Origin: Rhizobiaceae bacterium
GTDB taxonomy: Bacteria > Pseudomonadota > Alphaproteobacteria > Rhizobiales > Rhizobiaceae
Assembly: GCA_965248135.1 (NCBI GenBank)
Contig: CBDFIN010000007.1
Span: 126,386 to 190,385 of the forward strand
Reading direction: 5' to 3'
DNA: 64,000 nucleotides
The notes under the pieces are model-generated. The model saw only the letters and a list, made by a program, of their open reading frames with translations, ran no database searches and was not told the origin of the DNA. The number at the start of each line of letters is the position of its first letter. Position 1 is the first letter of the stretch. Of the stretch, positions 17,648 to 27,596 are shown one piece after another. The position numbers and the translations under genes are program-made.

Positions 17648-18748
17648 TCAAAAGTTGTTTAGGAGTGAAAGCAGGAAATCATCATTCCAGCCAGCGCGTT
17701 TGAATTTTACGCGGTTTGATCCCTTGTCCTGATTTGCCTTTATGATGTTTAGTGCGATACGTCTGAGGGCTGCAAAATTGATCGGTGCGTTGTCTTTGCG
17801 AGCGCGATGGAGATCATCATTCATAATGACATCAAGCGACCAGTGAAGGCTGTTTTCAATTTGCCAATGCCCCCGAATAATGGTTGCAGCTTCCTGCGCT
17901 TGTGGGGGTTTTGACATGAGATAAACGCGTTCGCAGCGGCTTGATTTTCCGTTCATTTCACGTGTTGAAGTGACATGGACGAAGGTCTTGAGGCTTGGCC
18001 ATTTGTGTGTGTCGTCAAGATATTGCGTAGTGCTGTAGACATGGTAACATCGCTCTTCAATGCGGCCATGGTTGGCGTCAGTTGAGATATATTCGTCAAT
18101 ATAATCAGTCTCTTGATCATCAATGAAGGCCCGCACATCCGCCTGCATATCGCCCTGATTGCCCTTCAGTTGCACACAGTAATCGCCGCCTTCACGCACG
18201 ATCAACTCACAGGTCTCGCGTTGGCAATGCAGCGCGTCAGCAGTGATCGTCATGCCCTTGATGTCGAGCATTTTGATCAACTCACGTAGGGCCAAAATCT
18301 CGCCACCACCCTTGGCACTTTCGATAATACCGAGGCTCAAACGAGCCCCATGCGCAAAGGCGGTCACCACGTTCAGGCCGGATTGATTGGCGGCCCTGTC
18401 AAAGGTGCGACGCATCTCTTTGCCGTCAATGGCGATGGCGGGTTGGGCATCGCGTGCCTGGGCAAAATCAGCACGGAACTTCTCAAACAGGCGTTGAAAG
18501 CTTGCGGGCTTAAGCAACCGAAACAGCCGTGAAAACGTGTCGTGACACGGCGTGCCATTCGGCAATTCGAGAAAATCGCGCAGAAATTCTTCCTTCGCAT
18601 GGCCAAAATCGGCCATATCCACCGCAGTTTCGCCGCCACACAAGGCACATAAAAGGCTGATTGTCATGATGTCACAAAACTTGTGACGGCAGGCATTGCC
18701 CGTGCGTGGATCGTCTATATCATTGAAATAGCTTATGATTGTTGACAT
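17648..18748 (-). CDS. ISAs1-family (H-repeat-associated type) DDE transposase
   Basis: The N-terminus YFNDIDDPRTGNACRHKFCDIMTISLLCALCGGE and the C-terminus IRGHWQIENSLHWSLDVIMNDD are the hallmark motifs of this family. I could not define the IS ends. Confidence 0.82.
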   Translation of the reverse strand: MSTIISYFNDIDDPRTGNACRHKFCDIMTISLLCALCGGETAVDMADFGHAKEEFLRDFLELPNGTPCHDTFSRLFRLLKPASFQRLFEKFRADFAQARDAQPAIAIDGKEMRRTFDRAANQSGLNVVTAFAHGARLSLGIIESAKGGGEILALRELIKMLDIKGMTITADALHCQRETCELIVREGGDYCVQLKGNQGDMQADVRAFIDDQETDYIDEYISTDANHGRIEERCYHVYSTTQYLDDTHKWPSLKTFVHVTSTREMNGKSSRCERVYLMSKPPQAQEAATIIRGHWQIENSLHWSLDVIMNDDLHRARKDNAPINFAALRRIALNIIKANQDKGSNRVKFKRAGWNDDFLLSLLNNF

Positions 18749-18787
18749 CTTGAGGCTCCATATCGTGATGGAACCTCAAGAATCTAT

Positions 18788-19018
18788 TCAGGCATATTTG
18801 TCAAACCCCAAATGCGATTCCCCTGCATATAGATAACCAACTATCAGGAAAAAGGCAGCGATTATACCTACACCAGTCCATAAATTTTCCCACCAAATGG
18901 CATTGGCGGCATCCTTTGCCGCGATAGCTACATCCCTTTCTGCACAAGTATTGTATTCCGTCGACCATCGGCACCACCATTCCCAAGAGGTTGCCGTAAT
19001 ATTGTAGGCGTATTCCAT
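18788..19018 (-). CDS. Hypothetical small Trp-rich membrane protein
   Basis: I chose the internal ATG at 19018 so that the gene follows the upstream gene's stop (19026). A hydrophobic segment GVGIIAAFFLIVGYLY is present. Confidence 0.35.
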   Translation of the reverse strand: MEYAYNITATSWEWWCRWSTEYNTCAERDVAIAAKDAANAIWWENLWTGVGIIAAFFLIVGYLYAGESHLGFDKYA

Positions 19019-19025
19019 AATAATA

Positions 19026-19529
19026 TCAGCCAGTGAGTTGCTTGACTTTTTTTGCGATCGATGCATTAGATAAAGAAGGTTCAATAGCTGCAACAACGGC
19101 TGTTGCCCTGTTTCTCATTTCTTCGACGGCGACGTTGATTTCAGTAAGTTCTGAATCGATCTCCCTGTGACGTTTATTAATCAAAATAAATCGTTGCTCA
19201 CTTACCTCCCCGGTGGTGGTCTGTTCATTCAGCCTTTGTTTTTCTTCGCTCAAAATTCTTTGATGATTGAGTAGAATTTCACGAGCCTGACTGAACATCT
19301 CGACAACTGCATCAATCTTCTGGCTATACATGTTTTCTGCTGCGTCAATCATACGCAATAGAATATCTTTTTCATGTGTCTTTTGCGTATCGAAAGAATG
19401 AGCCTCCAATCGTAACCGTTCAATCTCAATGGCGGATTTAGATGACTGACCTTGTGTGAGCGCCTGTGACCGAGCAACAGTCGCCATTAAACTAACGCCA
19501 GCTATAATCAATTGGGGATTAACTGCCAT
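19026..19529 (-). CDS. Hypothetical coiled-coil protein
   Basis: A 167-aa ORF that is helical and charged throughout, with no recognisable motif. Confidence 0.45.
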   Translation of the reverse strand: MAVNPQLIIAGVSLMATVARSQALTQGQSSKSAIEIERLRLEAHSFDTQKTHEKDILLRMIDAAENMYSQKIDAVVEMFSQAREILLNHQRILSEEKQRLNEQTTTGEVSEQRFILINKRHREIDSELTEINVAVEEMRNRATAVVAAIEPSLSNASIAKKVKQLTG

Positions 19530-19810
19530 AACAACCTCGAGTATTTTAAAAACGTTGGATGAAGTATAAAGAAACTGTGTCTTTGAACAAGTGCAGTGGT
19601 GATTTTAAAAAATACCTACCCATATCAAAAAGCCGACCTTCTATCTATTCTGTTGTTGTAAGCATTGAGAATGAGTAATGGGTTTCTCTGAATTTGAAGA
19701 CTATTGGTTGCCACTTTTTTTGAACCTTGGCCGGTCGTTGGAAGTAGAGTTCTCTGGCGTTGATTAACCTATTGCAAATTAACCTTATCGTCGGTGGCTT
19801 GGGCATCCCA

Positions 19811-21139
19811 ATGAAGGACCCTACCAAGGTTTCTCGCGCGCTTGCTTCAGGTCCGCTGTTGGTAGCTGCAGTGCTCAATCAAGTTGGTATTGACACGGAA
19901 TATGTCGATATCTCGTGTGAGATTGCTGACCTTTCGGAAATCGACTTGGAGTTGATCGTTTCGCGAGTTGGGAAAGAGCATCAAGTCGTTTGCCTGAGTT
20001 GTATGAACAACCTGTTGCACTTAGCCATACTAGCTGCGAGAGAAATAAAGCACCGCTTTCCCGATTGTCGAATTGTATTGGCAGGTCCTGGCCCAACAGG
20101 TGTCAGTGGGGATATATGTAAGTATTTTAAGTTTATTGACTTTGTTGTGGAGGGTGAAGGCGAGGGCAAGATATTGGGTGTCTTAGCTCCCTTGATTTCG
20201 ACAGATTCAGGGCGTTCAACCGAGTTTAAGCGCCAATGTCAGGAGTTTCTTGAAAGAGTGAAGTATACAAACGGATTAGTCCGGGAGTTAGACCAGTTAC
20301 CTTTTCCCGCATATGATCTTGTCTCACTCTCGCGTTACACTGCGGTGGGGTTAACAACCGCGCGGGGCTGTCCCTATTCTTGTTCTTTTTGTGATTCTCC
20401 CTCGTTTTGGGGGAATACTTTCCGCAAACGCTCTATCGATTCTGTTTTGTCGGAGATGGCGCTGCTGGAGGGACGATATGGCATTGATCATCTGTTTCTG
20501 TGGGACGATACTTTCACCGTTGGACGTCGTCGCGCATTGCAATTTTGTGCTGAAAAACAAAGAGCCTCTGTTTCGGCTACTTTTAGCATTTATGGGCGGG
20601 TCGATGAAGTTGATGAAGACTTTCTTTGTGATCTTCGTCAAGCGGGCTGCACGAATATCTTCTTGGGGGTTGAGTCCGGTAGTAATCGTGTTCTGAAGCA
20701 GATTTCAAAGGGAATCACAATTGAGCAGGCGGAAGAGAGCATCGATTTGATTTCACGGCTTGGGTTTCGGGTCGCGCTTGGCTTTATTTGGGGATTTCCT
20801 TTCGAATCCATGTTTGATTTTGAAGAAACTGTGAGTTTTATCGAGCGAAAAAAAAGTGAATCTGTTTCCGTTCGATTTGTTCCTCTCAACCCTTGTGCTA
20901 ACGCGCCGATCTACCAGATGCATCGCGATCAGCTCGAATTGATCGAAGAGTTTCAGCCTTACTTGATTCCATTTAAGGACGACATGGTTGCCCGAGAAGT
21001 CTGGAACCTCGTTCGAAAGTACCCAACCATCTTTCCGAATTTCTATGGCATCAAAAGCGAAAACTGGTTGAGGAAACTACAAGCAGTTCAAAGATATGCA
21101 TCTGTGGACCCCTATACCTACCGATTACAGGCTTACTAA
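19811..21139 (+). CDS. B12-binding-domain radical SAM enzyme
   Basis: The CxxxCxxC cluster motif is in TTARGCPYSCSFCDS. An N-terminal Rossmann-like region (LLVAAVLNQVGIDTEYVD ... IVLAGPGPT) is typical of the cobalamin-binding domain. GVESGS is also present. The ATG at 19811 is preferred to the TTG at 19760. Confidence 0.8.
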   Translation: MKDPTKVSRALASGPLLVAAVLNQVGIDTEYVDISCEIADLSEIDLELIVSRVGKEHQVVCLSCMNNLLHLAILAAREIKHRFPDCRIVLAGPGPTGVSGDICKYFKFIDFVVEGEGEGKILGVLAPLISTDSGRSTEFKRQCQEFLERVKYTNGLVRELDQLPFPAYDLVSLSRYTAVGLTTARGCPYSCSFCDSPSFWGNTFRKRSIDSVLSEMALLEGRYGIDHLFLWDDTFTVGRRRALQFCAEKQRASVSATFSIYGRVDEVDEDFLCDLRQAGCTNIFLGVESGSNRVLKQISKGITIEQAEESIDLISRLGFRVALGFIWGFPFESMFDFEETVSFIERKKSESVSVRFVPLNPCANAPIYQMHRDQLELIEEFQPYLIPFKDDMVAREVWNLVRKYPTIFPNFYGIKSENWLRKLQAVQRYASVDPYTYRLQAY

Positions 21140-21149
21140 TCGAATGCGA

Positions 21150-21480
21150 GCATCATTTGCGTTCGGCTATGGGGCTGCGCCTGACAGGGTATCCGGATTG
21201 CGTGACCGAGCACTGATCGGGCTGATGACCTATACCTTTGCCCGTATTGGTGCTGCCCTTAAAATGGAAGTGCGGGATGTTTATATTCAAAACCGCCGCC
21301 TGTGGGTACGATTGCAGGAAAAAGGCGGCAAACGCCATGAAATGCCGTGCCATCACGCCCTTGAAAACTACCTTGATGCCTATCTGGAGGCTTCCGGACT
21401 GCGAGAGAACCCAAAATCACCGCTATTTCGCACCATTGGCCGGGAAACAGGTCAGTTGACCGAACCCCCCCTGTTTAGAG
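21150..21480 (+). pseudogene. Internal fragment of a tyrosine recombinase gene (coordinates approximate)
   Basis: GLRDRALIGLMTYTFARIGAALKMEVRDVYIQNRRLWVRLQEKGGKRHEMPCHHALENYLDAYLEASGL...SPLFRTIGRETGQLTE matches the middle of a plasmid-type integrase family. The N-terminal domain and the C-terminal HxxR/Y catalytic box are both missing. Confidence 0.65.
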
Positions 21481-21634
21481 CGATATTTCAGTTACTCCGA
21501 AAAACGGTCGTTTTTAGGAGCGCTATATTCAGCAAATCTGTATTGATCAACTACGATGAAAAACGATTTTTGGACGGGGATGTACGCAAGCTGGAAATCA
21601 GGCAAGGTTAGCCCAGGGTGCTCAAATGAGATAA

Positions 21635-22198
21635 TTATCCCACACAATTGGACCAATCAACAAACCCATGATCTTTCACGGCTTCCATGGAAGATGGCGG
21701 TACCATATCGCAAAACAGAACAATATTGAGGCAATTCGCACGTGCACTTGGAACTATCAACCCATCGAAATCCAGAAAATGTGCCACTTCAGCAATATCC
21801 TGAGAACGCGGATATTCCATCTCGCGTTCCTGATATGATAATTGCCCAAAGCGCGATGTATCCATTCCCAATGCTGCAAGCGCATCCAGGTCAATCAATT
21901 TCAATGCGCGGTCAAGCGCTACATTGAGTTCGTGCAGCCGGTATTTGACTTGGGAAGGAAACACTGGATGACCGCGAGCCAGATGAAAATACATTTCGCC
22001 TATCGCTCCATCGCGCTCCTGCGCAGTATATAGCACATCAAATGTGCCATCATCCCACCGGCCACCGGATCTCGCGCATTGGGTAGGGTCACGCCCTTCA
22101 CGTACAACACGCCAGACTGTGTCGGTAAAAATCACCGGATCAGTTGCTTCTATTGCGTCAATGAGTAAGTTATCGCGGCTGCGGTGTATATGAGCCAT
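21635..22198 (-). CDS. RES-domain toxin
   Basis: WRVVREGRDP...SGGRWDDGTFDVLYTAQERDGAIGEMYFHL fits the R..E..S toxin family. It lies 3 nt downstream of the Xre/DUF2384-type gene. Confidence 0.8.
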   Translation of the reverse strand: MAHIHRSRDNLLIDAIEATDPVIFTDTVWRVVREGRDPTQCARSGGRWDDGTFDVLYTAQERDGAIGEMYFHLARGHPVFPSQVKYRLHELNVALDRALKLIDLDALAALGMDTSRFGQLSYQEREMEYPRSQDIAEVAHFLDFDGLIVPSARANCLNIVLFCDMVPPSSMEAVKDHGFVDWSNCVG

Positions 22199-22201
22199 AG
22201 G

Positions 22202-22543
22202 CTAGATAAACACCTCGTTATCCAGTCGGTCGATGACTTTCAATATGTCCAGAGTTCGTTCCTGATGAATGAGGTCAATTGCCCGTTCCCCACCAAGTTG
22301 CGGATGACGTGCATAGAGCCAGCTGCGAATTTCTTCGGCGGTATAATAATCCTGCAAACGCCCAACCACATAATAAAGGTCTGATAGGACGAGCTCATTA
22401 CGCGGCTGCGGTTTGATATCGCCTGATTTCCAACGTGACACGGTCGCTTTGGAAACTTCGGTAATATTGGCAATATCCGTGCCTCTGAGGCCTCCAAGCT
22501 TGCCTAATTCATCCAGATATCTTGGTACTGTACTCAACATCAT
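22202..22543 (-). CDS. Xre-family HTH antitoxin with a DUF2384-like C-terminal domain (MbcA/ParS type)
   Basis: The HTH is LRGTDIANITEVSKATVSRWKSG. The C-terminus IRSWLYARHPQLGGERAIDLI is typical of RES-partner antitoxins. Confidence 0.78.
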   Translation of the reverse strand: MMLSTVPRYLDELGKLGGLRGTDIANITEVSKATVSRWKSGDIKPQPRNELVLSDLYYVVGRLQDYYTAEEIRSWLYARHPQLGGERAIDLIHQERTLDILKVIDRLDNEVFI

Positions 22544-22545
22544 AA

Positions 22546-23886
22546 TTATTGTTCTTCCCGTTTGTCACTCGATTGGTGTCTACTACGAATTGCACATGCT
22601 GGCGCTCTTGGAGCACCTGCGCCACGTTCATCATGCATCAATCCGAGAGCATCACTGAGTTTGCCAATCTTACGATGATGATCATCTGTTCGTTTTTTCA
22701 AACTCACCATATCCACATCCAGTCGTTCAGCATCTTTTTGCGATGGTTTCAAGTCCTTGATTATACGTGCAAGCCTTTCAGCGTCACGCAAAGGTTTATC
22801 AAGGAAAAAGCTTTCACGATTATGATCAGGAACAGCTCCAAGCGCATCAATTGGCGCAAATGCCTGCCGTGTTGCGTGTTGGCGCGGATCATTTTTCGTA
22901 TCCTGAATGCCATGAGCGCAACAAGAATCCTGACAAGCCACAGCACGCTTGCCACCTTTTGCGCTGGCTAGCAAATCCAGTTCTTTGCTTTTGAATGATC
23001 GACCGAGTCCAGGAACCGGTATATAGGTAGTGCGGCCAAAGCCATCATTTTCATCGCGTTTTTTTGGTTCCTTATGCCAGGAACGGGCGTTAAATTGCTC
23101 GCGTTCTGCAATGCCATGAGCCAAGCCCGAAGCGCCGCCAAATGCAAGTGCCGCCTGTCCCATTAGGCCACCCAGATGGTCAATAACAATAGGTTTACCT
23201 AGATTATGCAGGCCATGTAATGCCGTGATAAACTGTTTGGTAGTTTGAGGCTTGGGGTCATTGCCAAGACCTGAGGCTCGTATCCATACATTGTCGATTG
23301 GCAAACCGGCAATTCTGCTAACAAGATCACTTCGTACATTGCTGTCATTTAAAGGGACATGTGAGTGGATAATTGGGTAATCAATTGCAATTGCTTGCCC
23401 GCCTTCCTGATCGAGAGCCCGCCGCAATGCTATACAGGCAGCAACATCAACACCAAACCAGTCTGCAAAACTCGGGTCCGCCAGAAAATGAGTGGGGGTA
23501 AGAACTGTATCAACTGCAAACTGCACGGCAAATCTTGCAATTTGTCCGATTACGTCAGATTTTTCATTAGGGTGGAAAAAGGAAGGCCCAAGAGGCTTTC
23601 CGTCACCGGATGCCGCCCATGGCGCATTTCTTACCTGCCCCAGAAATTTTTCTTTCGCTGCGAGCTCCGCAATTTCAGGGTCAAGAACAATCTCAACACT
23701 ATCCCGTCGAAACGCATTTACCAGATCGATTTGTCGTCTCAAGCGAGATGCATCGAATACGGCGCGCCTAACCGGCAAACGGCCTGCCGCGTGCAACTCT
23801 CCCAATTTCCGATGGGCATCTCCAATCCGGATAAACTGGGAGATTGGCTTAATAGGGCTCTTAAATTCGATTACATTGGCCGACAT
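22546..23886 (-). CDS. Hypothetical 446-aa protein, apparently co-transcribed with the Xre-RES pair
   Basis: It is a long clean ORF whose stop lies 2 nt before the Xre start codon. The alternating hydrophobic/loop pattern suggests an alpha/beta fold, and the C-terminal tail is charged. I recognised no motif. Confidence 0.6.
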   Translation of the reverse strand: MSANVIEFKSPIKPISQFIRIGDAHRKLGELHAAGRLPVRRAVFDASRLRRQIDLVNAFRRDSVEIVLDPEIAELAAKEKFLGQVRNAPWAASGDGKPLGPSFFHPNEKSDVIGQIARFAVQFAVDTVLTPTHFLADPSFADWFGVDVAACIALRRALDQEGGQAIAIDYPIIHSHVPLNDSNVRSDLVSRIAGLPIDNVWIRASGLGNDPKPQTTKQFITALHGLHNLGKPIVIDHLGGLMGQAALAFGGASGLAHGIAEREQFNARSWHKEPKKRDENDGFGRTTYIPVPGLGRSFKSKELDLLASAKGGKRAVACQDSCCAHGIQDTKNDPRQHATRQAFAPIDALGAVPDHNRESFFLDKPLRDAERLARIIKDLKPSQKDAERLDVDMVSLKKRTDDHHRKIGKLSDALGLMHDERGAGAPRAPACAIRSRHQSSDKREEQ

Positions 23887-24015
23887 ATCGGCAATCCTTT
23901 AAATTTATGTTTCACAAAACCATTATATGAAACAAATATGCAATTTGCAAGCAAAATCCCCCAATTTGATGACTCCCGTTGTTCGGAGGGTCAATTGCGA
24001 GTAAAAATACCCAAT

Positions 24016-26325
24016 CTACCCTTTGAGACTGTCGAACATGTTCGTTATTTCTTCATTACTCGCACGTTCCATGCCTCGCCGATCCTTCCACTCACTAACA
24101 TCGTGGTCGGCTCGTTGCTCCTCACGCTCGTCCAACTCGGCGAGGGCATCGTTAATTTCGTCATATTGCATTGAAACTGCGTAACCATACTCGTCCACCA
24201 TTTTGAACATGAATCCGGCGAATGATTCGAGCTCATCACGATTATCACAAATATCTCTCAAATCACCTCTGAAATGGGAGCGAGCGTATTTCTTAATTCC
24301 AGTTGCAAACAGATCAACTTCATCGTCGCTGATAGGCGTTTTACTGCTTGAAACATACTCATCAACTTGCCAAAATTCGTCGTAGGTTATGGCATTGCTC
24401 AATTCAGCAAACATTCTTTTTCTAACCTGATCGTAGATGTCAATGTCACGGATCGGTTCCCAATCCGACTTCTCAATGCAATCCAAAATGTCAACGGTAT
24501 CCTTGAAATCCGGCGTTGTCTCATCCCATCGTTCGAAAACGGCTTTTACAAGTAACGAAGTCAACTGGAGAAGGTGCTCGGATTCAAAATGATCTGCCAT
24601 TAACAATATGGCGCGTAAACGTGCTTCTGGATAGAGATCAAGCGCTCTTTCCGCTGTGAACTGACTATTTTGAATCATTAGCCTATAGGGCAGAGCAAGC
24701 GTACGCTTGATTGCTTCAAGAAAGTATTTGTTCGATGTATTTATAATGCTTTGAGCGGGACCCGTTTCCTGCTGATTGGACCATTGATACAACCTGGAAA
24801 CTTGATCAAAATTCGATGCCCCTCGAATCAAATCTTCGATAATATCCGACGATGGGGAAACGACACCGCTTACAAAATCTTTCACCGACGGGTTTATGTA
24901 TTCGACCGAATTCCTTTCAATGGAAACAAAACTGCCTTCAACTTCACGAAGCGCCGCAGAGAAACCGTCAGTAGAAATCGGGTAATTGTATTTCTTGGCT
25001 TGCAGCATATGAAGCGATTGCCATGCCGGTTCGCAAATATGAATATGCTCCTTACCGCCCATGGCAAACAGCGATAGCAGTAGGCTGCGTGCCGAGTCTG
25101 AAATCTGCCGTTGGAAAGCCTCATTCCATATTTCCCGAGGATTCTCCAATATGCCTGCAACAAAGGTGCGGTATTTTTCAACTGATACTTTCTTTATGCG
25201 CCGATATGTAGACAACCATTCGATCAGACGCGGATTAAAGTTTCGGTGCAATAGGATAGATTCATAGAAATTATCCTCGATAAGCTTGCTACGATACTCA
25301 ACTGGAAGCTCACTAAAGTAGATATGATTATACAAAATTTTGGCACGTTCTGCTTTTGAATAATCGGCGATTTGAAGTATGCATCTGTAGTCCACAATGG
25401 GACTGCGTTTCAGCCGGTCTGAACCAATCAGTGCGTTCGATAGAATATGTTCACGCGTTGTCATCACCAATTTCGAATTTGGCGATGATTGAACCATTTC
25501 CATAAATTCGACTAAGGATTGATCTTCGTTGCGAAGCAGGAAACCATGTCGCTCTCTAAGAAAAGTCTGCCCCAGGAAGTCGTCATAATAAAACACCTGA
25601 CTTTCTCTTCTGTTGAACAATGATAGCCCTTCGCGCAAATCCCCCTTTATGACGACTGGAACGTGACCTTCCTCCACATAGGAAAAAAGCAGTAATTCGG
25701 CCAAAGTCGTCTTGCCGACACCCGGCTCACCGGAGATAACTACGATATTTGTATCAGCTAGAATTTGTCGTGCACGCGGAAAGCACGAATTTTGAACATA
25801 GAGTGGCAGCTTTCGCGTAATCTTCTCGATAATAAATTCGGTTCTGCTGAGTTCCGCATTGTGCAGCACTCGATCAAGAACCGCCTTGCTGGTGAGCCAA
25901 AGCTTGAAGTTTTTTTGTTCAATTTCTGGATGTTTTTCCAGAAGAAGATTTAATTCAGTCTGTCCAATAATATCATCGGTCGTTTGAATATACGACGAGA
26001 GTACTGCCATGATGTCGGCCTTGTTAGCAGGTGTTAGTCCAACCGAAGTGACAAGCACATACCTATCCGGCGTAAGCGCCTCAATCTTTGGTTTTTCTTC
26101 CAGCTTCAGGTTGGAGAGAAGTTTGCTAAATCCGGAATTTGCATAATGTTTACACTGGACGATTATTGTTTGGTCCGAAAATGGGTGTGCGTATCTGAGA
26201 TCAATCCCCTGATCCCTTCCTGATTTGAACGCCTCAAGTCGGCATTCCCACTCCTTCTGAAGCAGACCTGCAACCATCATCTCGAAATCAAATGGTGAAA
26301 GCTGAGAGAAATCATATTGTGACAT
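24016..26325 (-). CDS. Mrr-like restriction endonuclease domain fused to a STAND/AAA-type P-loop NTPase with a helical C-terminal region
   Basis: The N-terminus FEMMVAGLLQKEWECRLEAFKSGRDQGIDLRY...IIVQCKHY is a PD-(D/E)xK Mrr_cat pattern (D..D-x-QCK). Walker A is VVISGEPGVGKTTLAELLL and Walker B is QVFYYDDFLGQ. About 450 aa of helical region follows. Confidence 0.78.
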   Translation of the reverse strand: MSQYDFSQLSPFDFEMMVAGLLQKEWECRLEAFKSGRDQGIDLRYAHPFSDQTIIVQCKHYANSGFSKLLSNLKLEEKPKIEALTPDRYVLVTSVGLTPANKADIMAVLSSYIQTTDDIIGQTELNLLLEKHPEIEQKNFKLWLTSKAVLDRVLHNAELSRTEFIIEKITRKLPLYVQNSCFPRARQILADTNIVVISGEPGVGKTTLAELLLFSYVEEGHVPVVIKGDLREGLSLFNRRESQVFYYDDFLGQTFLRERHGFLLRNEDQSLVEFMEMVQSSPNSKLVMTTREHILSNALIGSDRLKRSPIVDYRCILQIADYSKAERAKILYNHIYFSELPVEYRSKLIEDNFYESILLHRNFNPRLIEWLSTYRRIKKVSVEKYRTFVAGILENPREIWNEAFQRQISDSARSLLLSLFAMGGKEHIHICEPAWQSLHMLQAKKYNYPISTDGFSAALREVEGSFVSIERNSVEYINPSVKDFVSGVVSPSSDIIEDLIRGASNFDQVSRLYQWSNQQETGPAQSIINTSNKYFLEAIKRTLALPYRLMIQNSQFTAERALDLYPEARLRAILLMADHFESEHLLQLTSLLVKAVFERWDETTPDFKDTVDILDCIEKSDWEPIRDIDIYDQVRKRMFAELSNAITYDEFWQVDEYVSSSKTPISDDEVDLFATGIKKYARSHFRGDLRDICDNRDELESFAGFMFKMVDEYGYAVSMQYDEINDALAELDEREEQRADHDVSEWKDRRGMERASNEEITNMFDSLKG

Positions 26326-26499
26326 TTATTTGATACTCATATTTAGGGGCACTGGCTAAGAATAGAGTGATTTATATACTCATGGTGTTCTATTACAATT
26401 TCGAATTTCCGTTCTTGGCAAAACAGTGCGGATTTTGACCTGCGCCCCTAAAACTCCTCCAAAATGATGTAGAGTCCGGCCATCAAAAAGGACGGACGC

Positions 26500-26763
26500 A
26501 TGAAGGCACGATTTACGGATGAGCAGATTATCAAGCTGCTGAAGGAACATGAGGCTGGTGAGGGAGCGGCGGATATTTGTCGGCGCTATGGGATCAGCCA
26601 GGGCACGTTTTACAAATACAAATCGAAGTATGGCGGCATGGAAGCATCTGATGCCAAGAAGCTGAAGGCCTTGGAAGCTGAGAATGCCAAGCTTAAGAAG
26701 CTGTTGGCCGAGACCATGCTGGATGTTGCCATGCTTCGGGATGTCAATTCAAAAAAGTGGTGA
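26500..26763 (+). CDS. IS3-family transposase OrfA (HTH + leucine zipper)
   Basis: [47 protein letters not shown]. The slippery heptamer A AAA AAG at 26751-26757 lies just before the stop. Confidence 0.9.
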   Translation: MKARFTDEQIIKLLKEHEAGEGAADICRRYGISQGTFYKYKSKYGGMEASDAKKLKALEAENAKLKKLLAETMLDVAMLRDVNSKKW

Positions 26764-27596
26764 CGCCCGTGGCAAAGCGAGAGGCTGTGGCTCATTTGAT
26801 GGATAAGCATCAGGTGAGCCAGCGGCGGGCGTGTGAAGTTTTGGAGGTAGATCGTTCGACCATCCGGTATCGATCGAAACGAATTGATGACCTTGAGCAA
26901 CGCGAGGCCATCAAACGGGTTGCGAAAGAACGCAGACGGTTTGGCTATCGCCGGATCAATGTCATGCTGCAACGTGAAGGCATCCATATGAACCACAAGA
27001 AACTGCGACGCATCTATGCCGAGGAAAAGCTGCAAGTGCGGCGCAGAGGCGGCAGAAAGCGCGCCTTGGGCACCAGAAGGCCTATGGAGGTAGCAAACGG
27101 CGCAAACCAGCGTTGGAGCCTGGATTTTGTTAGTGATGCATTCACCGATGGCCGTCGGTTTCGCATTTTAACGGTTGTCGATGACTTTACCAAGGAGTGT
27201 GTTGCTCTGGTTCCTGATACATCCATTTCCGGCTTGCGGGTGACGCGTGAATTGAACAAGGCAATTGCTGAGCGAGGCATGCCAAAGACCATTGTTTCGG
27301 ACAATGGTACCGAGTTCACCAGCATGGCAATCCTGGAATGGGTACAGGGAAACGGTATTGACTGGCATTACATCCAACCTGGAAAGCCCACACAAAACGC
27401 CTTCATCGAGAGCTTCAACGGAAAGCTGCGCGATGAAGGCTTGAACGAAACGCTGTTCAGTTCACTGGCGGAAGCCAAACATGAGCTGGAATATTGGAAG
27501 GAGGATTACAACCATCACAGACCGCACTCATCACTCGGATATATGACGCCGAATGAATTTGTGAGTAAAATATCAATGGACAAACTGGCCGCGTAA
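26757..27596 (+). CDS. IS3-family transposase OrfB (DDE integrase core), expressed by -1 frameshift from OrfA
   Basis: It is in the -1 frame relative to OrfA. Motifs include [18 protein letters not shown] and [10 protein letters not shown], and the C-terminus is [15 protein letters not shown]. Confidence 0.9.
   Translation: MVTPVAKREAVAHLMDKHQVSQRRACEVLEVDRSTIRYRSKRIDDLEQREAIKRVAKERRRFGYRRINVMLQREGIHMNHKKLRRIYAEEKLQVRRRGGRKRALGTRRPMEVANGANQRWSLDFVSDAFTDGRRFRILTVVDDFTKECVALVPDTSISGLRVTRELNKAIAERGMPKTIVSDNGTEFTSMAILEWVQGNGIDWHYIQPGKPTQNAFIESFNGKLRDEGLNETLFSSLAEAKHELEYWKEDYNHHRPHSSLGYMTPNEFVSKISMDKLAA

Noticed and set aside
23365-24174. A 269-aa plus-strand ORF and a 136-aa ORF (23492-23902) antisense to the 446-aa gene.
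   Set aside because: They lie antisense to a longer, cleaner ORF, cross the intergenic gap without an RBS, and have odd composition. They are probably shadow ORFs.
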